DNA from: Candidatus Iainarchaeum sp. | GTDB lineage: Archaea > Iainarchaeota > Iainarchaeia > Iainarchaeales > JAAZKV01 | Reading direction: 5' to 3' | DNA length: 64,000 nucleotides | Assembly (NCBI GenBank): GCA_026397015.1 | Contig: JAPLVR010000006.1 | Span: 32,001-96,000 of the forward strand | Translations under genes and position numbers: made by a program | The notes under the pieces: model-generated | Told to the model about the DNA's origin: nothing | What the model saw: only the letters and a program-made list of their open reading frames with translations | The model's database searches: none | In this document: in pieces, positions 56,476 to 64,000 of the stretch | Layout of the letters: each line of letters starts with the position of its first letter | Numbering within the stretch: the first letter of the stretch is position 1

Positions 56476-56532
56476 TTTTTCAACTTCGGTCTCGTTTTTC
56501 AACTTCGACTTCATTTTTCAACTTCGGTCTCA
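56476..56532 (-). repeat. 19-bp tandem repeat x3 spanning the 3' end of ORF 56511-57071
   Basis: tttttcaacttcggtctcg / tttttcaacttcgacttca / tttttcaacttcggtctca. Confidence 0.88.
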
Positions 56533-57071
56533 TTTGCCTGGAGCTCTTCAAAAAGCCTTCCTCTGTGAGATTCTTCGACGAGGCGCAAAAGGTCAGCCTC
56601 TTTCTTTATCAGTTCTTTTTCTTTGGAAGTCATGAGCCTTTCAAAAACCTCTTCCCTAATTTCATGCTTCAAAAGTTTGGATTCAAGCATGCTCATCTCG
56701 CGCCTCAGAACTTCAGTTTCCTTAAGCATGGCTGTTATTTTTATTTTTGTTCTCTTCGGCGGCTTTGGAATCCTTGCCAGAATCTCTTCAGCCTTTTTTT
56801 GGACGGAGGGGGCAACAGGCCTGTTCAGCACCGCCCTTCCAAGCTCATAAGAAACCAGGTCCGATTCGAATCCTTCAACGAGAGAATTGAAAACGCCCTT
56901 TGAAATTTTTCTCTGAAGAAATTTTTTCTCTGCAATCCTCAATCTTGATTTGGTGAGGGAAATATTTTTCTCAAGCTCTGCGACCGCAAAATTTCCGGCG
57001 GAAACCACAAAATAAACCCAGAGGATAATAAGCAAGATTACAAAAACTACAAGAACGACAACTTCAAGCAT
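56511..57071 (-). CDS. Hypothetical TM-anchored coiled-coil protein with internal duplication
   Basis: N-terminal TM; KKFLQRKISKGVF and SKLLKHEIREEVF repeats. Confidence 0.72.
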   Translation of the reverse strand: MLEVVVLVVFVILLIILWVYFVVSAGNFAVAELEKNISLTKSRLRIAEKKFLQRKISKGVFNSLVEGFESDLVSYELGRAVLNRPVAPSVQKKAEEILARIPKPPKRTKIKITAMLKETEVLRREMSMLESKLLKHEIREEVFERLMTSKEKELIKKEADLLRLVEESHRGRLFEELQANETEVEK

Positions 57072-57154
57072 GCCACAATTACCGTTTTGGGGAATTTATT
57101 TCTTTCCTTTCGACAAAAAATGCGAAAAAAGTCGTTTCGCCCCTGTCCGCCAAA

Positions 57155-57271
57155 CTACCTGAAATATTTCATTTGCTCTTTCTCGCTTTCCTTCTGTTTG
57201 AAGGCAAAGTGGCTGAATGCAAACAAAACAATCGCGATTACTATCGCCGCAAGAATCCACATGAAAATCAT
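57155..57271 (-). CDS. Putative 38-aa single-TM peptide (below the ORF-track cutoff)
   Basis: MIFMWILAAIVIAIVLFAFSHFAFKQKESEKEQMKYFR*; co-oriented with both neighbours. Confidence 0.6.
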   Translation of the reverse strand: MIFMWILAAIVIAIVLFAFSHFAFKQKESEKEQMKYFR

Positions 57272-57302
57272 TTTTATCGCTCCGAAATTTAGGCTATCAT
57301 CT

Positions 57303-57986
57303 TCAGACTCTTATTGTTTCCCCTGGCGAAAGCACTATCGGCCTTGTTTTAATAAGGCTTTTTTCTATACGTTTTTTAAAATCTTTTGGATCGGCCCTTG
57401 TCGGTTCGAATGTGTTATACTGCATCGGAACAACTATTCTTGGCTTTATCATTTTAGTCGCCCGAACAGCATCGACCACATCCATTGTGTGTTTTCCTCC
57501 GATTGGGAGCAGAGCCACATCCGCCCTGGTTTCGCTGAAATTTTCAAGAAGGGCAGTTACGCCCGCGTGATAAATTTTTGTATTATCCAAATCAACTATG
57601 AAACCCATCGGATAAAAACTTTTTGGGTAATGCGCTATCGCGGTTTTTATTTTTGCACCCCGCAAAAAAATTTCCGAATTTGAAGAAATCGGAAGCTTCA
57701 TGTTGCGCGGCAGGTTCAGCTGCTTCAGCACAACATCATGCGCGACAACTGTTGCGTTGCTGGCGGTTGCAATTTCCTCAACGGCGCGCCTGTCAAAATG
57801 CTCTGGCGTCTCATTCGTCAAAAGCAAAAAAGACACATTCTTCAAATCCTTCGGCTTAACAGGAAAACTTGCAATCCTCTTCAAATCTGTTTTTGTCGAA
57901 TCAAAGACAGGATCTATTATTACATTGCCTGCCTTGCCGCCTATCCTAAAAAATGAGTGGCCAAAATACTGCAACTCAACCATCAA
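57303..57986 (-). CDS. UPF0173-like metallo-beta-lactamase-fold protein with degenerate metal ligands
   Basis: FGHS.F, IIDP, LLPIGG..TM, P..YNTF; HxHxDH replaced by NETPEH. Confidence 0.85.
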   Translation of the reverse strand: MMVELQYFGHSFFRIGGKAGNVIIDPVFDSTKTDLKRIASFPVKPKDLKNVSFLLLTNETPEHFDRRAVEEIATASNATVVAHDVVLKQLNLPRNMKLPISSNSEIFLRGAKIKTAIAHYPKSFYPMGFIVDLDNTKIYHAGVTALLENFSETRADVALLPIGGKHTMDVVDAVRATKMIKPRIVVPMQYNTFEPTRADPKDFKKRIEKSLIKTRPIVLSPGETIRV

Positions 57987-58125
57987 ACAACCCCTCTTTC
58001 CCGACGTGCTACAAATTGTATCACAAAAGAGAATTTAAAGCCGCCCTATGCATAACGAATTTTGTGGCAAGTTTGGAGGCTCTGCAAAAAGGTTATAATA
58101 CTTAAACAATAAATAGTATTGCGGT

Positions 58126-58923
58126 ATGAGAAAAGCATTTGCCGGTTTTTTTGCGCTGATTTTGCTGATGATTTTGGCGCCCGCGCACGCCCAGGAATAT
58201 GAGATAACACTGCATGAGGTCCATCTGCAGGTGAATACAGAGGGGAATGCAAAGTCCGTTGAAAGGTTTTACCTGACTTTTCCGAATGATACGGAAAGAG
58301 CATTGTTTAGAAACATGAGCATAAAACTCGGTTCTGACATGGAGCAGTGGCTACAGTTCAATACTAAGTTTCAGCCGAACATAAAAAATCCGAACACGAA
58401 AACCGGAAATCTTTCGGACAAAAAAATTTCCTACAACGAAGGCGAGCAAACCTACCTCGAAATAAGTTATTCTCTTAGCGACCCGTTAATGGCAAAAAGA
58501 AAAGAAACTCCCACAGGCACTGAATTTGAATTAAAAGCGGTTTTCCTGAACAACTTTTTTGAATTCGGGTTATGGGTTATTCCGGACAAAACTAAAATAA
58601 CTATTGAACTGCCACTGGATGCCGAAGTCAGGCAGCCTGTTGAACCGTCTGCAACAGTGAGCCAAATCGGCTCAAAAAAAGTCGTGCAATGGCAGGGATA
58701 CAAGAGCGGAAACAACCTTGAATTGAAATATGTTTTGTGGAAACAGATTGCGCTTGATTTTAATTTATTTTCAGCAATAAGTTCGCTCTTCTTTACCCCG
58801 ACTGGGCTCGCGGCGCTTGCAATACTGATTGTGATTTTGGCGGTTATTTTCATTTCAAGAAAAAAAATAATCAAAAAAATAGAAGACTTTGTTGCAAATA
58901 ATTCAAAACTGGAAGAAGATTAG
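58126..58923 (+). CDS. Hypothetical surface protein (signal peptide plus C-terminal TM anchor)
   Basis: Sec signal ending AHA-Q; TIELP..VEP; hydrophobic C-terminal helix and charged tail. Confidence 0.75.
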   Translation: MRKAFAGFFALILLMILAPAHAQEYEITLHEVHLQVNTEGNAKSVERFYLTFPNDTERALFRNMSIKLGSDMEQWLQFNTKFQPNIKNPNTKTGNLSDKKISYNEGEQTYLEISYSLSDPLMAKRKETPTGTEFELKAVFLNNFFEFGLWVIPDKTKITIELPLDAEVRQPVEPSATVSQIGSKKVVQWQGYKSGNNLELKYVLWKQIALDFNLFSAISSLFFTPTGLAALAILIVILAVIFISRKKIIKKIEDFVANNSKLEED

Positions 58924-58979
58924 GGAAATGAAAAAATCTAAAAATAAAAGGAAAAAAGTGAATCGCAAAAAAATCCGAA

Positions 58980-60281
58980 TTAAGAGATTTGTAACTGCCC
59001 TGGATGAGATTTCTGAACTATTACTTCTTTTGAAATTTTTTCGGCATTTTCAATAAGGCCCTTGACTTTTTTTGTGTCTTTTTTTGTCGAAAGCAAATTG
59101 GCCAGCTCTTTGCCATCAAAATCAAAAAAATAAACCATGGAAGGCGCGGCATCCTTGTCTTCAAGCATTACCTGGATAAACGGAATATCCTTCATCGCCT
59201 GCCTGCGTGAACAATGCATCTTTTTTCCTATTTTTGACGCAATGCCCTTTCTAATTTCTCTGTTCGAGGTCGTGGCTGAAAGGGAACCGATCAAACTTGG
59301 AAACTGAAAAGGAACCCAGCCGTAATATTCTTTTTGCCTTGAAAGGCCAACACCTGCGGTCGCAAGAAGACTTGAATACCTTAAGAAACCGTAATTTTGG
59401 CGCCTGAAAATCCTTCCGTTAAAAACATCCGCCCTGCTTAACTTATCAAATGCAATCGCCGAATCTTTTGCATCAAACTGCCGCGGAATATTTTCTTCTA
59501 CCCATCGGAAAAGCATCTCGCCGGAAACCTCCGAATCAAATGTCGCGTCCTGAATTTCTTTCAAATTTTTTCCCTTAAATATTTTTGTCATAATCGAAAA
59601 AATCTTTTCCTTTCTTTGGCGCGGAAAAAGCGCTCTGACCGCCTCCATTGTAACGTTGGGCGCAATGCTCTCCAAATCTATTATGGCGCTTCTGAAATCG
59701 CCGCCCGAATTTTTCGCCAACTCCTTCACCGCTTCTTCATCGAACTCTATTCCTTCAAGAGTCGCAATTTCCCTCAGCCTCTTCGCGATGCTAAAATAAT
59801 TTATTTTCTTGAATTCTTTCAGCTCTGCAAGGGTTCTCAGCGGAACAAGTTTTCTCTCGCCGTAAATGCCGTTCGCGGTGAGAATAATCGGATTGCTGGA
59901 ATCTTTTATAAGATTCATTATCGCTTCCGCGCCGCCCCTGTCAGCCGATTGCAGGCCGTCTACCTCGTCAATCAAAATTAACCTTCTTCCGCCAAAAAGA
60001 GAGGCGTTTGCAACAGCCGCCCCCATCACCCTTTCAATTTCTTCTTTTGACCTCAAATTCGACGCGTTCGTTTCGAAAAGCTGCCATCCGAACTGTTTTG
60101 CAATCAAAACCGCGAGAGCTGTTTTCCCCGCCCCCGTTTGGCCGAAAAAAAGAAGAGGTTTCTGCTTTTTTCCGTCGTTCCAACCCTGCGCCCAATTTTT
60201 CGCAGAATCGACTATTTCGGAGTTACCGATGAATTCCTCAAAATTTTTTGGAAAGTACTTGTCAACAAGAAGCTGCGGCAT
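58980..60281 (-). CDS. rfcL: Replication factor C large subunit
   Basis: DKY.P, GQTGAGKT, NAS..R, IDEVDG..DRGG, GDFRSAI.DL, W.EEN, LSRAD. Confidence 0.93.
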   Translation of the reverse strand: MPQLLVDKYFPKNFEEFIGNSEIVDSAKNWAQGWNDGKKQKPLLFFGQTGAGKTALAVLIAKQFGWQLFETNASNLRSKEEIERVMGAAVANASLFGGRRLILIDEVDGLQSADRGGAEAIMNLIKDSSNPIILTANGIYGERKLVPLRTLAELKEFKKINYFSIAKRLREIATLEGIEFDEEAVKELAKNSGGDFRSAIIDLESIAPNVTMEAVRALFPRQRKEKIFSIMTKIFKGKNLKEIQDATFDSEVSGEMLFRWVEENIPRQFDAKDSAIAFDKLSRADVFNGRIFRRQNYGFLRYSSLLATAGVGLSRQKEYYGWVPFQFPSLIGSLSATTSNREIRKGIASKIGKKMHCSRRQAMKDIPFIQVMLEDKDAAPSMVYFFDFDGKELANLLSTKKDTKKVKGLIENAEKISKEVIVQKSHPGQLQIS

Positions 60282-60340
60282 AAACCAATTATCTACCGCC
60301 ACTAATTTAAATAAAACCCTTACTAATTATTCTTGGTCAT

Positions 60341-61537
60341 ATGCAGATAGGAATCGTTGGAAAACCGTCAAGCGGAAAAAGCACCTTCTTCAGCGCCGCC
60401 ACTTTGATTGACGTTGCAATCGCAAATTATCCATTCACAACAATCGAGCCGAACAAGGGAATGGGATTAGTTAGAGTAGAAGATGCTGGAAAATTTTTTG
60501 GAGTGCAAAGCAAACCCCGTTATGGATTTGTGGTCAATGACGTAAGATACGTTCCGATTGAACTGATTGATGTCGCGGGGCTTGTTCCGGGCGCAAACGA
60601 GGGCCGCGGGCTTGGAAACAAATTCCTCAACGATTTAAGCCAGGCCGACGCGCTAATACATGTGATTGATGCCTCCGGAAGCACAGACGCGGAGGGAAAG
60701 GTTGTTGCGGAAGGAAGCCATGACCCGTGCGAAGACGTTTCATTCCTTGAAAAAGAAATTGATTTGTGGTTTTTAAAAATAATCGAAAATAATCTTCTAA
60801 AAATTGCGAGAAATCCTGAAAAAGATTCGCGAAAAAGACTGGCGCTGCTTTCGCAGCACCTTGCCGGCGTAAAAATACTTTCAACTCACGTTGAAAAGGC
60901 GCTTAAACAATTGGGGATGGAAGAAAAAAGATTTAATGAGTGGAACGCGGAAGACAAAAAAAATTTTGCGACAAAATGCAGAGAACTTAGCAAACCAATA
61001 GTTATTGCGGCGAATAAGTGCGACCTTCCATCGGCGGAAAAAAACATTCTGCGGATGAAGGAAAAATTTAAAGGGCAAATAATTGTGCCGTGCTCGGCTG
61101 CGAGCGAGCTTTCACTAAGAAAGGCGGCAAAACAAAAAATTTTGACATACCACCCCGGGCAAAAAAACTTTGAAATCGAAGGGCAGATTAATGAGAAGCA
61201 GCGCGAAGGGCTTGAAATAATAAAAAAAAATGTTTTGGAAAAATTCGGCGGCACGGGGGTGCAGGAATGCCTCGACAAAACAGTTTTCGATTTCCTGAAA
61301 TACATTGCGGTTTTCCCAGGCGGAACAAAGGGGCTGGAGGACTCGGAGGGGAGGACACTGCCCGATTGCTGGCTCCTTCCAGAAGGTAGCACCGCCCTTG
61401 ACTTTGCATTCACAATCCATACTGACATAGGAAAAGGATTCATTCGCGCAATCGATGTGAAAACAAAGCAGGTAATAGGAAAGGAGCACAAACTAAAAAC
61501 GGGCGATGTTATCGAAGTTGTTTTCAAAAAACACTGA
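60341..61537 (+). CDS. OBG-family translation-associated GTPase/ATPase (YchF/Ygr210 type) with TGS domain
   Basis: GKPSSGKST, NYPFTTIEPN, DVAGLVPGA, NKCD, IHTDIG. Confidence 0.93.
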   Translation: MQIGIVGKPSSGKSTFFSAATLIDVAIANYPFTTIEPNKGMGLVRVEDAGKFFGVQSKPRYGFVVNDVRYVPIELIDVAGLVPGANEGRGLGNKFLNDLSQADALIHVIDASGSTDAEGKVVAEGSHDPCEDVSFLEKEIDLWFLKIIENNLLKIARNPEKDSRKRLALLSQHLAGVKILSTHVEKALKQLGMEEKRFNEWNAEDKKNFATKCRELSKPIVIAANKCDLPSAEKNILRMKEKFKGQIIVPCSAASELSLRKAAKQKILTYHPGQKNFEIEGQINEKQREGLEIIKKNVLEKFGGTGVQECLDKTVFDFLKYIAVFPGGTKGLEDSEGRTLPDCWLLPEGSTALDFAFTIHTDIGKGFIRAIDVKTKQVIGKEHKLKTGDVIEVVFKKH

Positions 61538-61543
61538 ATGAAA

Positions 61544-63370
61544 TTATTCGACTGTTACACTCTTTGCAAGATTTCTCGGTTTGTCGATTTCACGCCCCAT
61601 CTCATCGGCAACATAATACGCAAATAATTGCAAAGGAATTATGCTGAGAAGAGGAGAAACCAGTTCATGCGTTTTCGGAATACAAAAAAATTCGTTGCAG
61701 AGCTTTGCTGTTTCACTGTCACATTCATTTATTATTGAAATTACTTTTCCTGAACGGGCTTTTACTTCCTGAATATTTCCACGCAGTTTTTCCAGCAAAG
61801 CGCCGCTTGCCCCGACAAAAACAGCCGGAAAATTCTTATCTATTAGTGCGATTGTGCCGTGCTTCATTTCAGCGGCAGGCATTCCCCAGGCATTAACATA
61901 AGAAATTTCTTTCAGCTTCAACGCACCTTCAAGTGCAACGAAATAATCGATTCCCCTTCCGAGGAAAAGAAAATTTGAATATTTTGAATTCACCTTTGCA
62001 ATAAACTTTATCTTGTTCTTTTTTTCAAAAATTTCCCTCATTTTTACTGGCACTTTCTTCAATTCCAAAACAATCAATTTGATTTCTTCTTTCGAAGCAG
62101 TTTTTCTCTGCACGGCGCCGTAAAGCGCGAAGAGCAGAAGCACGGCAATTTGAGTAGTAAACGCTTTTGTCGAGGCAACGCCGATTTCAGGGCCGGCTTT
62201 TGTGCAGATGGCTGCACCGCTTTCCCTCGCAATCGTTGAACCTTCAACATTAACAATCGCCATGGTTTGTGCGCCCCTGCGCTTCGCTTCCCTCAGCGCC
62301 GCAAGAGTGTCTGCGGTTTCACCGCTCTGACTTATCGCGACAACTAAACAATTCTTGCCTATAACAGGGCACCTATATCGAAATTCGCTTGCGCACTCAA
62401 CTTTAACGGGAACTTTCCAAAGTTTTTCAATCAGGAATTCCGCAATCATGCCTGCATGAAGCGACGTGCCGCACGCAACAATTACAATTCGCTCAGTTTT
62501 TTTGATTTTGCCATTAAATCCTTCCAGCTCTTCAAGCACAGGTAGAGAATTTTTTATTCTGCCCGCAGTGCAGCTTTCAATGCATTCGGGTTGCTCGAAA
62601 ATTTCCTTAAGCATGAAGTGTTTAAATCCGTTTTTTTCAGCCTGCCAACGACGCAAATTAATTTTCACTGCCTTTTTTGCCGCTTTTTTCTCACCGTTAA
62701 AACCGAATATTTCAATTTCACTGTTTCCTTCCATTTTTACAAATGCAATTTCACCGTCGCCAAGAAAAATAGCCTTGCCAGCATAATCTATGAATCCAAT
62801 CGGGTCACTGGCGAAAAAAATCCCTTCATTGCCAAGCCCGACCACGAGGGGGCTGCCATTTTTTGCCCCGCAGAGCTGGTTGGATTTTTTATCAAGAATC
62901 AACAATGCAAAATTTCCTTCCAAATGGTTACATGCCAGCGTTACCGCCTCTCTAAATCCTTTTCCTTCGCATAGAAAAGCTTCAATCAGATGAGGCACAA
63001 CTTCAGTATCGGTTTCGCTTGAAAAAAAATGCCCCTTTCTTTCAAGGGCGCGCCGCAGAGAAGAATGATTTTCAATTATCCCATTGTGAACAACTGCTAT
63101 TCTTTTGTCGCAGCTCAAATGCGGGTGGGCATTTTTTTCAGAAACTTTTCCGTGCGTTGCCCAGCGAGTATGCGCGATTCCAATGTTTCCGCTTTGAATT
63201 TTTTCGGCAAAATAATCGAGCTTTCCAACCCTTTTCAAAATTTTGTGGTCGCCGTTGCTTAAAACCGAAAATCCGAAAGAGTCGTAGCCCCTGTAGTCCA
63301 GCCTCTTTAGACAGGCGGGCAAAAATTCAGAAACATTCCCGTTTCCGCAATAACCGACAATTCCACACAT
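61544..63370 (-). CDS. glmS: Glutamine-fructose-6-phosphate aminotransferase
   Basis: MCGIVG, YRGYDS, HTRWATHG, SQSGETADT, LKLKE, KHG, PRNLAKSVTVE. Confidence 0.97.
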   Translation of the reverse strand: MCGIVGYCGNGNVSEFLPACLKRLDYRGYDSFGFSVLSNGDHKILKRVGKLDYFAEKIQSGNIGIAHTRWATHGKVSEKNAHPHLSCDKRIAVVHNGIIENHSSLRRALERKGHFFSSETDTEVVPHLIEAFLCEGKGFREAVTLACNHLEGNFALLILDKKSNQLCGAKNGSPLVVGLGNEGIFFASDPIGFIDYAGKAIFLGDGEIAFVKMEGNSEIEIFGFNGEKKAAKKAVKINLRRWQAEKNGFKHFMLKEIFEQPECIESCTAGRIKNSLPVLEELEGFNGKIKKTERIVIVACGTSLHAGMIAEFLIEKLWKVPVKVECASEFRYRCPVIGKNCLVVAISQSGETADTLAALREAKRRGAQTMAIVNVEGSTIARESGAAICTKAGPEIGVASTKAFTTQIAVLLLFALYGAVQRKTASKEEIKLIVLELKKVPVKMREIFEKKNKIKFIAKVNSKYSNFLFLGRGIDYFVALEGALKLKEISYVNAWGMPAAEMKHGTIALIDKNFPAVFVGASGALLEKLRGNIQEVKARSGKVISIINECDSETAKLCNEFFCIPKTHELVSPLLSIIPLQLFAYYVADEMGREIDKPRNLAKSVTVE

Positions 63371-63502
63371 TTTGCTTTTCAATCAGAATTAGTTTTTGCT
63401 TCTTTTAAGCGGATTGGTGCGATTGTACAAAAAAATAGCAGGCATGATGAAACGCGCCAAAAGAAATTGAACTGAAGTCCGAGAAAAAAATTGGCCCGAA
63501 AA

Positions 63503-63880
63503 TTATTTTTCCTCTTCTATTATTTCGGTAATTGTTTTTGATCTTGAGGGGGATTCGTTCGCGGCTGGCCTGGATCTTGTCTCCTCGACAATTTCAGTCC
63601 TCTTAACAGTTGCTCCTGTGTTGCCCGTTGAAGTTGTGGAAGTGGTTTCAGTTACTGTTTTATCAACTCCAATCACTTCCTTGCGGACAATTTTATTTTC
63701 ATCTTCAATGATTTGCCTTGAAATCCTTCTCATTGCATCTTCCTTGTTCCTTAATTTGTTGAGAGTGTAGAAATATGAATTTATTATCTGGTCGAGGTCA
63801 AGCTGCCTCTTGAAACCGAGGCGCGCGATTTCTTCGAAATAAAGCCTCACTATTTTAAACGATACTTCTTCATCCTTCAT
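63503..63880 (-). CDS. Hypothetical protein, helical N-terminal domain with T/S-rich tail
   Basis: VRLYFEEIARLGFKRQLDLDQIINSYFYTL; coherent ORF. Confidence 0.7.
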   Translation of the reverse strand: MKDEEVSFKIVRLYFEEIARLGFKRQLDLDQIINSYFYTLNKLRNKEDAMRRISRQIIEDENKIVRKEVIGVDKTVTETTSTTSTGNTGATVKRTEIVEETRSRPAANESPSRSKTITEIIEEEK

Positions 63881-63900
63881 TTTAATCACTTCCCAAAAAA

Positions 63901-64000
63901 TTATCTTCTCATCCTGCTTTTCTTCACGGCATCGGCAATGGCGGTCATTTCGATGTCCTGCCTTCGCACTCTTGCCAGCGCATATAGATACGCATTAACT
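63901..64000 (-). CDS. 3' end of a probable paralog of the 63503-63880 protein (cut by the window edge)
   Basis: ...VNAYLYALARVRRQDIEMTAIADAVKKSRMRR* resembles INSYFYTLNKLRNKEDAMRRISRQI. Confidence 0.55.
   Translation of the reverse strand, partial: VNAYLYALARVRRQDIEMTAIADAVKKSRMRR

Noticed and set aside
56476-56532. CRISPR or att site
   Set aside because: Contiguous 19-bp tandem units without spacers; no integrase nearby.
57087-57683. 198-aa + strand ORF
   Set aside because: Antisense to the MBL gene and the TM peptide; no recognisable features.
63444-63475. C/D box sRNA (ATGATGA...CTGA on +)
   Set aside because: Only 21 nt between boxes, no convincing C'/D' pair or identifiable target; plausible by chance.
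63371-63502. glmS ribozyme upstream of glmS
   Set aside because: No AGCGCC or GACGAGG core on the coding strand.

Overview
Gene-dense archaeal chromosomal segment, most consistent with a DPANN archaeon (Iainarchaeota/Diapherotrites-like; the taxonomy is inferred from gene content and GGTG(A) ribosome-binding sites, not proven). Most of the window is core machinery: replication/repair (intein-containing MCM, Topo VI A/B, Mre11-like nuclease, two tandem PCNAs, PriL/PriS, GINS, RFC-L, UDG), translation/RNA processing (aIF5A, aIF2a/b, aIF1A, Rio1, Dim2/KH, uL16, Dph2, aRF1, TruD, TtuA-like, RNase Z, Csl4, RpoL, LSm, tRNA-Cys), proteostasis (LonB, PAC2, signal peptidase, presenilin-like, SPFH), PpsA, PyrH, GlmS and an S-layer gene. 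No CRISPR array, rRNA, transposase, integrase or reverse transcriptase was seen. Strongest unusual signals: (1) two paralogous GLUG-repeat surface genes sharing a 93-bp ~90% identical junction cassette, one with a class III signal peptide, a G11 tract and extreme G+T strand skew, the other lacking the signal peptide (possible phase/antigenic variation); (2) an apparently split ThiI (THUMP-less catalytic gene plus a THUMP gene with a dead PP-loop); (3) tandem divergent PCNAs; (4) a covarying hairpin repeat abutting tRNA-Cys; (5) Csl4 with a ~130-aa RGG/FGG tail; (6) repeated short duplications echoing gene 3' ends. All counts were done by eye; family assignments are from motif recognition, not database searches.
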